NCBI GenBank assembly: GCA_951406725.2
Contig: OX597832.1
Location: 60,946,001-61,010,000, forward strand
DNA length: 64,000 nt
Source: Octopus vulgaris
Lineage: Eukaryota
Direction of reading: 5' to 3'
Positions 26,310 through 40,700 of the stretch are shown one piece after another; positions within the stretch are counted from its first letter, which is position 1, and every line of letters begins with the position of its first letter. Under the pieces are notes generated by a model. It was not told the origin of the DNA, made no database searches, and saw only the letters and a list, made by a program, of their open reading frames with translations. Position numbers and translations under genes: made by a program.

Positions 26310-26491
26310 TTTTACTTGTTTCAGTCATTAGACTGCGGCCATGCTGCAGCACCGCCTTAACTGAATTGAACTGAGTACTTATTTTTTAAAGCCTGGTAAT
26401 TATTCTATCGGTCTCATTTTCCCAAACTGTTATGTTACGAGGATGTAAACACACCAACACCGGCTGTCAAGCGGTGGTGCGGGGGGATGCG

Positions 26492-26532
<41 letters not shown>

Positions 26533-27054
26533 CGATCAAAGCGCGAAACTGTAATGATCTTTTGGGTGTTGACTGATGAAGAATGAGCTATGAATTGTCT
26601 ATTTGTTATGTTTTTTTTAATATTCGAGTTTACACCGGAGTAAACACATAAATGTGAAACAAGGTGGAAAAAAGAGTACTGAAACTCAGAGTAACAGGTT
26701 TTGTTGAATTTTCTGCTGCTTTAAATAAAGTATATATAAATTAAGAATAATAAGGGTGAAAAATTGAATATTAATTTGATTAATATCAATTTAAAGCCAG
26801 TAGTCTAGCATAGTAAAATTTGAAGATTCAGAAAAATTATATTACATACATTTAGGAGGGATGATAACTAGGAGTAGTTATCCATTATGCTAGGAATAGA
26901 TCCACTATGGTTTTACCACTAAGAAAAGAATGTTTTCAAGAAAATTTAGCAAACGCCAGAACGTAAACGAGCATGACAAATGAAAAGAGACAAAATATAG
27001 ATTAAACATAAACTAATTTCACTATTATACATACATACATGCATACACACACAC

Positions 27055-27119
<65 letters not shown>

Positions 27120-27243
27120 ACAAATCCACTCACAATGCATTGGTCGACCTGAGATTATAGTAGAAGGCACTTGCCCAAGGTAGGGACTGAACTCGGAACC
27201 ATGTGGTTGGGAAGCAAGCTTCTTACCACGCGGCCACGCCTGC
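26310..27243 (-). mobile_element. SINE family B interrupted in its internal microsatellite
   Basis: Tail 26310-26480 and head 27120-27243 separated by (CA)n, ~500 bp of unrelated sequence and (TA)n. Confidence 0.7.
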
Positions 27244-27434
27244 GTCTTGTGGCAAAAATTTGAAGCAATTATTACCAGCAACAGTCGAAAGCAAAACCAA
27301 ACAGAAAGTCTTTAGCAATGCGCCATTGTTAACATCACGAGCGAGATCCAGGTTAATTTGCCCGCTTGGAAACGTAACAAACCAACTAAACTGTTTGATT
27401 ATCTCCCTTGAAAAAAATTTCTTGCCTTAGTATT

Positions 27435-27800
27435 CCATCATCATCATCATCATTATCATCGTCGTCGTCGTCATCATCATCATCATCATCCTCGTCGTCG
27501 TTGTCATCATCAGGCATCGTTCGCTCTTAGCAGCTAGGAAACCCTACAATACCATTGCGGTCTTTCTTGTGCTAAGCCTTAGACCCTTCACTGTGATTTA
27601 AAGTCTGTTCAATTCTTGATGTTATCTTACCTCGTCACATTTTCTCTCTCATTAACAGTCTCTGTAATCCATTATTTTATTCTAATTAAGTGTCTAAAAT
27701 ATTTTAATTTGCTGTCTTTCATGGTACCAAATAAAATTTCCTTAGATTTTGCCAATACACGGTTCTTCGTCATTGCGTTTTTGTTTCCCCTGTCTGTTCC
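27435..27800 (-). pseudogene. RTE-clade LINE 3' fragment with (GAT)n tail
   Basis: Frameshifted VLAKSKEILFGTMKDSKLKYFRHLIR..NGLQRLLMREK resembles RTE 'RKLKYFGHI.R...L...I.EGK'; followed by (GAT/GAC)n on the minus strand. Confidence 0.6.
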
Positions 27801-28362
27801 GTCCATCGCAATATAAGTCTTCTGTATGATCACGTCTGACAGTCTTCTAATCTATTCGAGAGATTTTATCATATTACCTATATTCACCATATCACAGTTG
27901 AAGAAAAATGCTGACTTGGTAATGTTTCAAACTACCTACTCGTGGATGAAGAGTTCAAATCAGCTGGCGGTATTTGACTATGCTTCTGGGCCCGGAGAAT
28001 GTATTCTATATTAATTCAGCTCACACTTAGATGCGTTACCGCCACAGAGTCCAAACCTTATTGTGGTCTAGTGCCTTAAGTGCCTCAATAACACTGAGAG
28101 CTGTGCGAGCGACACAAGCTTCTGGTAGGGTCTTCTATGCTGCACAGGTCAAAGGATAGAGGCCTTTACTAATGTTTCCCAGAGATAAAATTAGTTAGCG
28201 TCGGGTTAAATATGCACCCCGCCCCCAAAAATTGGGTGGGTGAGGGCGCGGGAATAGAGTGCGTTTTGTTGACTAAATCCTTTAAAGTGTTGTCACAGCA
28301 AGGCCGCAATTCAAATGCTGAAAGGAATAAAATCAAAATATCTATTTACTGATTTAGTTTAA

Positions 28363-28708
28363 TCCTTTAGCATTTAAACCGGCCATATCAGGCCAAAATA
28401 ATCTATCCACTTTATCTTCAAACTGGCCAGATCTGGCCTCTCACGCTGACCCTACACTATTATTCTAAAAATAGACGGTGAGCTGGCAGAATCGTTAGCA
28501 CGAAGGTAATGACGAACTTCTGCTGACTCTTTCGCCACAACTTTCTCTCACTCTTTCCTCCTGCATCATGCAGATCACCTGCGACGAACCGGCGTCCCGT
28601 CCAGGTGGGGAACCTATACGCCAAAGAAAGCGGGAAACCGGCCCTTATGAGCCAGGCGTGGCTCGAAAATGAACAAACAATTGACAGAGAACTCTGAATG
28701 TCAAGGGG
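28363..28708. mobile_element. piggyBac-like MITE with nested SINE fragments
   Basis: TTAA|tcctttagcatt ... aatgtcaagggg|TTAA; contains a family A head (28475-28502) and a V-domain-like SINE 3' part (28525-28680). Confidence 0.65.
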
Positions 28709-29027
28709 TTAATAGTTTGTGCTTGATTTGATCACTGCTCACTTATATAACCGCTGCAACTCATACAGATATGGCTTGGGCTAGGGCTACAAATTTCGAA
28801 AATCACATCGTAATCGATGCAGGTGTTGTTATGCTTTTGTTTATTCTAGTCAGTCAACCACGAAATACGAGTCAAAACTATGATCCGCATGAGTGAACCA
28901 AAGCAGATGAGGTGCTTGCTCTCATTAAAAAAATTGTTAGGGGATATATAAGATTCTGTGTGTGTGTATACACACACACACACACACACACAATACATAT
29001 ATATATATATATATAATGTATATATAT

Positions 29028-29125
<98 letters not shown>

Positions 29126-29346
29126 ACACGTGTATGTACGTATGCATGTATGTGTGTATGAGTCTGTGTATATGTGTACCTATGTGTCTAGAATTGTGTC
29201 TATATATAGGACTCTATACATATGTCTGTGTGAGTGCATGTATGTATGTATGTATGTATGTATGTATGTATGTATGTATGTATGCATGTATGTATGTATG
29301 TATGCGTGTATACGTTGAAGGAAGTTGTGCTTAAAAATATATGCAT

Positions 29347-29377
<31 letters not shown>

Positions 29378-30699
29378 TATATATACATATATAAATCTGT
29401 GCACGTGTAAATGTGTATATGCGTCCGTGCGTGCGTGTGTATGATGTGTGAGTGTGTGTGTGTATGTGTATGTGTATGTACGTGTGATGTCATCTGGGTT
29501 TTTTTTTATTTGCTTTCTTTCTTTGGTTTCTTTCATGCATGACATTGGTGACAAATGAAAGCGCATTGGTTGGCCTTCATAAATCAATCCATAATGTTGC
29601 TCCAACAGCTCACAATTCTTTTTCAAAAAGCAAAAAAGAAGAAAAAAAAGGAAAAAAAGAAAGAAAAATAGGTAATAAAATGCAAAAAAAAAAAACCCAG
29701 AAAAGTCAAAATAACAACAACATAAATAACAAGAATAATAGTTCTTTCTACTAAAGGCACAAGGCCTGAAATTTTAAGGGAGGGGGCCAGTAGAATACAT
29801 CGACCCCAGTGTTTCACTGGTACTTAATTTTATCGACCCCGAAAGGATGAAAGCTAAAGTCGACCTCGGCGGAATGGTAACGATTCTGCCAGCCCACAGC
29901 ATTGATAATAATTGTAATAATAACAACAACACTTCCGACGCAACCACCACCACCACAACCACAATAACAATAATAATGACAAAACGAAGGCATCGGAAGG
30001 GCAATGCGTACCCCGCGCACAGATAAATTTATTTCGCAAATTATGGTGTGGCTTATAAAGCGTTACTTACCCAAGCTTTTTAATTAAACTGAATTGTTCT
30101 TTTTTTTTTTAAGTATCACCATTATGGGTATTTATACTCCGGTGAAATTAAGAAATCAACTCGTAAATAAACAAAATCTTCGAATCCATCACTGTACACA
30201 CACACACACAGTCTCATATCTATGTATGTATCTACACGTGTATACGCGCATAGGTACACCACGATCTATACGCACACAGACGAGGATCGATTCATATGTA
30301 AAAGAAAGTGAACAAAATATTATGACCACATGCTTATCGAGAAATTTGTAAGTTCGAATTTTTTTTTTTTGTTTAAGATAATCAAACCACATGTTCATCA
30401 TTTCGAGCCACTCATCTCGACGAGTATTTCTGCCAAATGTGGTGAAAATCCGTTCAGCCGTTTTTTAGTAATTTTGCAAACAGAGATAAACAAAGACGAG
30501 TGATTATAATACCTGGCTTTAGCTTAATAATCGCTTCAAATTTTGGCACAAGGCAAGCAATTTCGATGGAGGGTGTCAGTCGATTACATCGACCCAAGAG
30601 CTCGACTGGTACTTATTTTATCGAGCCCGATATGATGAAAGGCAAGGTCGATAGCGGGAGAATTTGAACTCCGCTTACCGTCTTAATAATAATAATAAT

Positions 30700-30941
30700 A
30701 ATAATAGTAGGTGCATTAGGCATGATAAAAAAATATTCAGACAAATACATAACAAAAACACCAGGACTTACAAACACATATAACATACAGAAAATTGCAC
30801 TACTAGGCACTGCACACATCCTACGCAGAACACTTTCCATACAATAACCATCAGAGCATCACAACAAATCACAGCACATACCCAAGGCACACAGAGCTGC
30901 GCTCGGTAGTGAAGTGAAAACACGCTATAAAAATAAAACTA

Positions 30942-30945
<4 letters not shown>
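30700..30945 (+). mobile_element. R4/Dong-clade LINE 3' end inserted in (TAA)n
   Basis: IIVGALGMIKKYSDKYITKTPGLTNTYNIQKIALLGTAHILRRTLSIQ* is the typical RLE-LINE terminus; short 3' UTR; (TAA)n on both sides. Confidence 0.85.
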
Positions 30946-30982
<37 letters not shown>

Positions 30983-31002
30983 TAGCGATACTACTACTAA
31001 TA

Positions 31003-31055
<53 letters not shown>

Positions 31056-31062
31056 AATAATA

Positions 31063-31122
<60 letters not shown>

Positions 31123-31129
31123 TCATTTA

Positions 31130-31295
31130 TATTCATTTACTTGTTTCAGTAATTTGACTGTGGCCATGCTGGAGCACCGCCTGTAGTCGAGGAAATCGAC
31201 CCCAGGACGTAGGGGACGTAAACACACCAGCATCGGTTGTCAAGCGATGTGGGGAGAGGGGGGCAAACACAACACACAAACATACACACAAACAT

Positions 31296-31340
<45 letters not shown>

Positions 31341-31499
31341 TACGACGGGCTTCTTTCAGTTTCCGTCTACCAAATCCACTCACAAGGCTTTGGTCGGCCC
31401 GAGGCTATAGCAGAAAACACTTGCCCAAGGTGCCACACAGTGGGACTGACCCCGGAACCATGTGGTTCGTAAGCAAACTACTTACCACACAGCCACTCC

Positions 31500-31500
<1 letters not shown>
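31130..31500 (-). mobile_element. SINE family B (tRNA + CORE-like, internal microsatellite), near full length
   Basis: Minus strand ggagtggctgtgtggtaag..gggtcagtcccactg..ccttgggcaagtg, (TA)/(TG) middle, tail ..ctccagcatggccacagtcaaat. Confidence 0.85.
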
Positions 31501-31551
<51 letters not shown>

Positions 31552-32062
31552 TTCTTTTGTAGGAATAATAACAACAACAGACAAAAAGAGTACTCAGACA
31601 ACCATTAAATATGGAGGACTGAATTGTTTTCACTCGTACACAGTTTCTCTTGCAACTAGTTAATCCCATGCAGTGTTTAGCGAAGCGTGTCATGTACCAG
31701 GTCAGGCTGGTAGGTTATTTGTTGTACAGAATAAACTAGACAATTTGTTTGTGTAATTCTAAGTCTGGGTGGCATACATACATATATACATACATGCATG
31801 CATGCATACATACATACATACATACATACATACATACACATACATACATAGATTCATACATACATACATTCATACATACATACATACATACAAACATACA
31901 TACATGCACATACATACATACACATACATACATACACACATACATTCATACATACATACATACACATACATACATACATACATACATACATACATACATA
32001 CATACATACATACACACACATATATACATACATACATTCATACATACATACATACATACATG

Positions 32063-32096
<34 letters not shown>

Positions 32097-32372
32097 TATG
32101 CATGCATATAAAAATATAGGTAGGTTACATACGTACATATATAGCATATGTATTGAGGAAAGGTGTGCTTAAAAAATAGAGCGGGGTCTATCTACGTACA
32201 GATGTAAATTCCGGCACTCCGTCGGTTACGACGACGAGGGTTCCAGTTGATACAATCAACGGAACAGCCAGCTGGCGAAATTAACGTGCAAGTGGCTGAG
32301 CACTCCACAGCCACGTGTACCCTTAACGTAGTAGTAGTTGTTGTTGTTTTCATTATTATTATTATTATTATT

Positions 32373-32589
32373 AAGGCGAGGAGCTGGCAGAAACGTTAGC
32401 ACGCCGAGAGAAATGCTTAGCGGCATTTCGTCCGTCTTTACGCTCTGAGTTCAAATTCCGCCGAGATCGACTTTGCCTTTTATCCTTTCGGGGGTCGATA
32501 AAATAAGTACCAGTGAAACACTGAGGTCGATGTAATCGACTGTCTCCCCCCACCCCAAAATTTCAGGTCTTGTGTCTATTGAAGAAAGA

Positions 32590-32590
<1 letters not shown>
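32373..32590 (+). mobile_element. SINE family A (alternative tail)
   Basis: Family A head and centre; tail cccaaaatttcaggtcttgtgtctattgaagaaag then (TTA)n. Confidence 0.85.
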
Positions 32591-32645
<55 letters not shown>

Positions 32646-33027
32646 GGCTGTTATGTAGACACAGACTAATTATTTCGAGTCAGCTGTGCCAATTACGTGC
32701 AGTTTCGTCAGTTCGTTTCACCGCCACCCTCGTACACCATACATTTTGTTACTGCAGTTAGATCTCTCAGCGTGAAAACCGATTTTGTTAATTACCAGAA
32801 AGAATATAAAGAAGTCACTGCAATTGGGAGGTGTCAGCTAGATTATACACAGACTATACACACTCACACACACACACTCACACACACATAAATACAACTA
32901 CATATATACATATGTATGTATGTTTGCGTATTGACACACACACATAGACACACACATTTGGTGAAGCACTCCATAACTTCAACCGATTACTAATATAAGA
33001 CGTATCCCTCCCTCCCTCCCTCTCTCT

Positions 33028-33065
<38 letters not shown>

Positions 33066-33072
33066 GTATGTA

Positions 33073-33445
33073 CAATCGTTGCTAAATGTGACTAAGAGTG
33101 TCGACGCATCTACATTGCAAGAAATTAGAGTTAAAATACTCTTAAGGCTGCAGGAAGACCGCAGATATACATGCCGACAGGGAAGGTAACCGCCCTGTGC
33201 CGAATCGTAAATCCTCAGAGTAGACATCTAGTCTCGTCTTTTCCGCTGACATCGTCAGTGATGATTGCTCTAACGGCACATGTTCGGCTAATTCTACCAG
33301 TCAGCATATATGTATTTTACATAGAAATTTATGGATGATTTAGCCGAATGTTAATGCGTTCTTCCGACATCATTAAGGGTATTTTAACTCTTATCTCTAG
33401 CAATGTAGGTGCGTCGGCAGCCTTAGTCACACTTAGTGACGATTG
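33073..33445. mobile_element. MITE with ~70-95-bp imperfect TIRs
   Basis: caatcgttgctaaatgtgactaag..gagttaaaatactcttaa is the reverse complement of ttaagggtattttaactc..cttagtcacacttagtgacgattg. Confidence 0.75.
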
Positions 33446-33491
33446 AACTTTTCCTTTATGGTATCACATTGTTCTTAGTTGCTTATATTAA

Positions 33492-33554
<63 letters not shown>

Positions 33555-33560
<6 letters not shown>

Positions 33561-33776
33561 CCTCCTTGCCATATCGCGGTTCACCTATCGCGGTTTATTA
33601 TTTAAGCTTATGGCGATTCTTCCGTGCTGTTGTTTTGCATATGTAATAAAATAAATATATACAAAATCAAAAACTAATTTAAAATATATACAATATATTA
33701 CTGCTTCTACTTCGCGGATTTTCATCTATCGCGGGGGTTTTGGAACGTAACAACCGTGATAGTCGAGGGATTACTG
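33555..33776. mobile_element. pogo/Tigger-like MITE
   Basis: Ends CAGTAAcctcc..atcgcggtt and aaccgtgatagtcgagggaTTACTG; the CAGT..ACTG termini are typical of pogo-like elements. Confidence 0.7.
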
Positions 33777-35539
33777 CATATATATTTGTAAGAAATGATG
33801 CAAATAAACTGATAAACCTTGGGTTTTAATGTTGTCATGTTATCTGTTCAGTTGGATCATTGTCTTCATATCTGCTCCCTTAGATTTCCCTTATACTTAT
33901 CGTTACCCTGTTGAGTTGATCCTCGGTGGAGATATCGGAGAGTACAAATCATGAAATACGTAAACAACGAGAAAAAAGGGGGAATAGAACAAGTTAATAC
34001 AGAGAAAGGACCCTTCATCAGTTGTCGGCTGTCTATCTGTTTTTTTATTTCGTGCATTTAACGACAATATGAGTTTTCAAAGACAGTTGCCCCCATAAAT
34101 TCTAAAACAAAATTTAAGGTTTATGGAGGGTCAAAGTTAGGAACAAAAAAATGACAGAAGGGAAATACAAGGAAACAGAACGAAAACAAACATGGAGGGT
34201 CGTTAGACCAGCACGAGAAGAAAATAGTGAACGCTGGGAGAAACAATCTCTCTCTCCTTCTTTCTCTTACCTTCCCTCTTTCTCTTTCTCTCTCTTTTGT
34301 TGTTCACACGTGACCATTGTCCATCTTTCTTTTTCTTACGTGACCATCTTTCTTTTCCTGCAAGAACGGACGTGTTCTCTCTCTCTCTCTCTCTCTCTCT
34401 TCTATCTTTTCTCTTAAAAAAAAAATCTTTTCAGTCGTTTGGCAGTTATTTGATCTCAACTGTATTACCTGCTCCTGGATTACTTGCTCCTGAATCAAAG
34501 CTTTTGTGGCTGAATATTCTACAGTGACGTGTATTCGCCGTCACTATAGTATTCCCCGGATAAAAATCAGCGTGCAGCAAGGCTGTACTTCTAAAATTTT
34601 AAGTACGATCAACTTGTCAGGTTTCTTTAGTTTCCACCAATCTAATTTCACTCACGAGGTGGTGGGGGATCGAGCCGAAGCTTAGAAAATGAGATTTATC
34701 CAAGATGTCAAATAGTCGGATCGAACCTGGAACCTCGTGGTTGTGAAGCCAACTTGCCAACTATTCGGCCATACCGATCTTACAATCACAAACTACTTGA
34801 AGAATGGAAAGGACGCATCATACAACGCAGGACTATATGCCTTTCCTGAAGCCGATTTAGTCACAGGAGGAGCGTCTTTCATTATATCATGCGTCTACCT
34901 GTGCGATACTACAACACCACTGCCGCCGCCGCCGCCACCACCACCAACAGTATGGCTATATAGCTAAGTAGTTCGATTTGCAGACATGTTGCGCTGCACC
35001 TCTGGCAAGTGAGCTAAGTTACGTGGGCGTAAACGAACCAATACCGGTCGTTAAGCAGTGGGAGCCGGGAGCGCAAACACAAGGTCACACTCACACACAC
35101 ACACACACACTGAGTTTCTGTCAATTCCCTCATAGGGCTTCGGTTGGAGCGGAGCTAACGCAAAACACACTTGCCCGAGGTACCGCGCAGTGGGACTGAA
35201 TGCGAAGCCAGGTGGCTGCAAAGCGCGTTTCTTAACTACTGAGCCATGCTTACAGAAATACTTTATTTTAGAACTCATAAATGTTTCGTGTGACACTTTA
35301 AACACAACCGGCTGCTCCTCTCGCTATTTTTTCTCTTTGCTGTCTCCATTCTCTACAGATTTGTTCTTCTCAGCCTATCAATGCATTTACTTATAATTCA
35401 GTTTTTTTTTTCCTTCTCTTTTTAACAAACTTATATTTATATTGCGATTTCTTTCAACATAATTAACACCTGCTCGCATTCTCCTGCGCCCACACCTTGT
35501 TTATTCGCGCTCTCGCCTCCTCATTCACACACACACACA

Positions 35540-35571
<32 letters not shown>

Positions 35572-35575
35572 TACA

Positions 35576-35626
<51 letters not shown>

Positions 35627-35694
35627 ACACAGTCCGGGCCAAATGTCACGCACCAAAACATGATTAAGTTATAATAATAATAATAATAATAATA

Positions 35695-35733
<39 letters not shown>

Positions 35734-35883
35734 TATTCTTATTCATGTTGTTCACCGTGTACAAGTCGGCGTGTGTTCGTTACTATTGTTTAGTTTTGTA
35801 ATTAAATGTAAAGTGTTGCTTTTGAAGTGTGCAATACATATTAAATTAGTTTTAATCTTGGTGCGTAATCTTTCGCCCAACCG

Positions 35884-35917
<34 letters not shown>

Positions 35918-36461
35918 ACATATATTTTATTTGTTTATTTATTCGTTTCAGTCATTTGACTGCGGCCATGCTGGAGCACCGCGTTTTGTCGAGCGAATCG
36001 ACCCCAAGTCATTGTAAGCCTAGTACTTAATCTATCGGTTTTTCTTTTGCAGAACCGCTAAATTAAGGAGACGTAAGCACACCAGCATCGGTTGTCAAGC
36101 AATGCTGTGGGGACAAACTAAGACACACAAACATAAACACACACATACACACATACACGCAGCCACACACACACACAAACACACATACACGCACACGTAC
36201 ACACACTCACTCACACGAACACGCACACACATGAACATATACACGCACGCACATACACACGCATACACACACACACGTACACATTCATGCATACACACGC
36301 ACGCGCACCTACACACATGCACATACACACACACTCACACATACACACGCACTCACACGTACATATATCTTCTACTATAGCCTCGGGCCGACCAAAGCCT
36401 AGTGAGTGGATTTGGTAGACGGAAACTGAATGAAGCCCGTCGAATATATACATGTACACAT

Positions 36462-36496
<35 letters not shown>

Positions 36497-36532
36497 CCTA
36501 CACACACACATATATGTGTGTGTAAGTGTGTA

Positions 36533-36661
36533 GATCAAAACAGTTTGATTCAAAGTACATGGTACTCTGAGTTTCAAACGTTACGCTACTCCAGTGCCCG
36601 AAGATTAGCGTCACGCTTGAAACTCAGAGTACCAAGGACTTTGAATCAAACTGTTTTGATC
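36533..36661. mobile_element. Fold-back element (56-bp arms) with hammerhead-like core; Penelope pLTR-like
   Basis: gatcaaaacagtttgattcaaag..gtttcaaacgttacgcta / tagcgtcacgcttgaaac..ctttgaatcaaactgttttgatc. Right arm: CCGAAGA-tt-AGCG tca CGCT-t-GAAAC tcaga GTA. Confidence 0.7.
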
Positions 36662-36904
36662 CTTACATGTAACTCCCAATGAATGCGTTGAGTGACCTTC
36701 TTTCGTTTGTCTACTTATTCCTATGCATATATGTGTGTGTGATATTTCTCCCCAGCCACTGCATGATAACCGGTGTTGCTGCGTTTACGTTCCTGTAACA
36801 TATCTGTTTAGCAAAATACCCCCAATTCAATAAGTACCAGTCCTAAAAAAATAAAAACTGGGAGTCGATTCATCTGACTAAAAATTACTCAACCACATCC
36901 ACCA

Positions 36905-37322
36905 ACAACCATGCCACCAGTCCATGATTACGACGACGAGCGAGACTACCACCACAACTACCACCACTCCTCCACGACGACGACTACCACCACCACTACC
37001 AAGACCAGCTCTACCACCACCACAACCACCACCATCACCATCAGAACCAGCACCACCATCTCCTCTACGACGACGACGGTCACTACCACCACCATTTCCA
37101 CCACCATCACCATCTCCCCGATGATGACCACCACCACTACCACAATGTCGACCACCACCACCCCTGTCAGCTGCTCAGTGACTGCGAAAACTGCAGATGA
37201 TCCAACGCCCACGTAGCGCCTCACCCTCCAACCCTTCAACTACTACTACTACTACCATCACCACCACCACCACCACCACCACCACTACTACTACCACCAC
37301 CACCACCACCACCACCACCACC

Positions 37323-37405
<83 letters not shown>

Positions 37406-37410
37406 AACCA
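36905..37410. repeat. (CAC/TAC)n trinucleotide arrays
   Basis: Long perfect and imperfect CAC/TAC runs. Confidence 0.95.
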
Positions 37411-37527
37411 CAGTTTTTCCCTCAGACACTAAAAGTCCATTAAGATATAAAATTTCAGTGATTACATCGCATGCCGATCTTGCAGCCCCTTTCATCAACG
37501 ACACAACACTACACACACACGCACACA

Positions 37528-37586
<59 letters not shown>

Positions 37587-37732
37587 GCACACACACACGC
37601 ATACGCACACACACACACACACATGACAAGATAAAGCCTGCAAGAACACTCAAAACCTTTGTGTGGTTAAGTGTGTGTGGGTGTGCGTGTGTGAACGCCT
37701 GTATGTATGTACATGTGTATGTTTGTGTGTGC

Positions 37733-37773
<41 letters not shown>

Positions 37774-38577
37774 GGGGGTTGTATGAGTACGTTTATCCTA
37801 CTTCTCTCACTATATGTATATGTGCATATGTACACATACAAGTTTGAATGTATACACATTCACACACGTAGTTTGCAAGTGTACGTCGGCACATGTGTGT
37901 GTGTGTGTCTGTGTATGGGTGAGAACATTTATATACACTCGCATATCTATACATTGACACATACATACGCATACATGTACACATATGCACACACATACAT
38001 ACATATACACACATACATACATACAGTCATAGATACATACACACATACATATACACATATACATACACACACATACACACACACATACATACATACAAAC
38101 ATACATACTCACACATCCCTCCCTCCATCCATCCATACATACATACAGCCATGCATGCATACTTATGGCGAAATGGCTCAGATGCTACAGTATCGGACAG
38201 AATGCATCACCGTCTTTGTAGTGCCTTCCTTGAGTTCCAACCCAGTTAAGGTCAACGTTGCCTTTTATTCTTTAGGGGTCGATTAAAAGTACCAATCAAC
38301 GACCTTGGGTTAGCGGAATTGTCTGAGGGTCGTGTGGGATGACTTGTGGCATTTCTTCCTGCTCTTTGGGCTCTGAGAGCAGCAACGCCCGGAGCGACCC
38401 AAGTGCCAAGCTGCATCGGCCCAAACCGTTGGCCTTTCCTTGGATAAACATCGCTGGGGAACACAGGGGTTTGGTCAGGTTTATAGGTGTCCTGCACATC
38501 TATATTTTTTTCCTTCTTTTACTTGTTTCAGTCCTTTGACAGTGGCCATGCTGGAATATCCCCCTTGAAATGTTACA

Positions 38578-38843
38578 GTCATTCCGAAAAGCTCTACCTG
38601 CGACGATTTCATCTCAATCGAAGGAGAGGAGCTTTCTCCGTCCGGGTTGCGGATCCGTGGAACAAGCTGCCAGACGAGATGGTGAAGATACCGACGACTG
38701 CTTTGTTCAAAGCCTCCCTTGACCTCAAGTGGCCTGAACTCTTTACATGAACACCACCCTGTACTTAACTCCATGTCCCCCTACATGGCCTTGCTATTTG
38801 CTTTTGAGCCAAATTAACTAACTAACTAACTAACTAACTAACT
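38578..38843 (+). mobile_element. CR1-clade LINE 3' end with (TAAC)n tail, inserted into a family B SINE
   Basis: HSEKLYLRRFHLNRRRGAFSVRVADPWNKLPDEMVKIPTTALFKASLD matches the CR1 ORF2 terminus (GH..KL..FS.RV...WN.LP..V....FK..LD); open frame; host SINE resumes at 38844. Confidence 0.9.
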
Positions 38844-39254
38844 AGTCGAACAAATCGATCCCAGGACTAATTTCTTAAACCTAGAATTTATTCTATCGGT
38901 CTTCTTTGCCGACCGCTAAGATACAGGGACATAAACACACCAACATCTACGTATGCACGTGTTTGTCTATTTGTATGTGTACTGTTTGTGTTAGGTGCAT
39001 GAAGGTTAATGGAGTATATGTTGTAGCAGGTACTTGGTGCTGTCTCTGTGTGTGTGAGTGTGTGTATGGTTTAAAAGCACTATGCATACACACCTGCGCG
39101 CCGCACATATGCATACACACCTGCACCATTAAGAAGGTACGCAGATGCTCATCCTCCCGGTCACACACACAAATCTATGTATGGATGTATTGTGTATATG
39201 TGTGCGCGTATGAGTGAGTCTGTGCGTATATGAACAGAAGCACGCAGGCATACA

Positions 39255-39289
<35 letters not shown>

Positions 39290-39441
39290 GCGAGTATATG
39301 TATTCGCAGCCACACATAGAAATGTATTGAAAGCAGATACATTTATATACATTCACACATATTCACACAGTCTCATTTAATGCATATCTATGTATGCGTA
39401 TATGTTTTAGAAGGCAACTACGTATATATATATACATATAT

Positions 39442-39507
<66 letters not shown>

Positions 39508-39510
39508 ATG

Positions 39511-39542
<32 letters not shown>

Positions 39543-39954
39543 TGTGTATATATATACATATATATATGTATATATACACACACACACACATCATACATAT
39601 GAATGTGTATATATGTAAGTGTGTGCGTGCGCGCGTGCGAGTGAATTGAAGTGTGGAGAAACTTTATAAAAGCGATGAAGCAATTCGGAGAAATCATCAG
39701 AGCAAAACACTAAACACATTAACAATGTACCCCACCCACGCCGCCGCCAGCACCAGCACCACCACCACCACCAACAACAACATCAACATCACCAGCAGCA
39801 CCACCACCACCACCGTCAACATTACTTCCCCGTTCTTCGTCACTCGTACTACCAAAACCACCAGCTGCACCACCATAAGAAACAAGAACAAGAGTGACAA
39901 GACCAACATCAGCAACAAGGATAGTAACAACAACAACAACAACAACAACAACGA

Positions 39955-40620
39955 GCCGTCGTGGGACCCAGTCAGTGGTCGTTCGACCTTCCACAGTAAA
40001 TATAGGAAATGGTACGATACGGTTTATACCACTTGTACCCCACGTACGTTTCAACATTGTGGAAATTCACATCCTATGTAGTAGGTGCTCATCGTACATT
40101 TGGATATAGATCCACAATGGTTCTTCAGAAGAACACTCTAGCACGTCCGTCCTGTTTACACTGAGCAATGTAATGTTCAAAAGAACCGTTGTGCATCTGC
40201 ATCCTTCAGCATTCGGGCATAATGCGCTTAACTCTCACTTCCTCCAAAAGCCAACCACAAGTGAATGGCCACTGAAAACGTAATACTACAGCCTTTTGGA
40301 CTGAAACATAATCTTATGCATAAATGGCAACTTGTTTGCCTTTGGATCTGTCTGTTATTATCCTGCTACCTACGCCAGTGAACCAATCTTTACAAAACTT
40401 TGCATACATGTAAAACTAACATCCAGTTCAATTAGAGGTTAATTGGATTTTAATGAAAATCCAGAGTTGGCCACAAAGGCGGGTTGGGCTATTATTTGAT
40501 AACATGAGAAGGTGCAAGAGTGTTAGCCTGAGGGAATGTGGTGGCATAGTGAGTGTGGCTGATATCAGAAAAGGGTTGACAACGTTGTGTAAGCGACAAA
40601 TATGGAGTGGGAGAGGGATG
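39955..40620 (-). pseudogene. Degraded LINE C-terminal remnant (L1/Tx1-like)
   Basis: Minus strand shows a degenerate knuckle (..PEC..SFEHYIAQC) with many stops. Confidence 0.3.
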
Positions 40621-40700
40621 GTAACGTTAATACAGCTCTCATTCACGGATATACACGCGACGCTGCATACATACTTTCGTAAATACATAGATACATGCAT

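Noticed and set aside
38815-38843. Telomere-like repeat
   Set aside because: It is (TAAC)n, the CR1 tail, not (TTAGGG)n.
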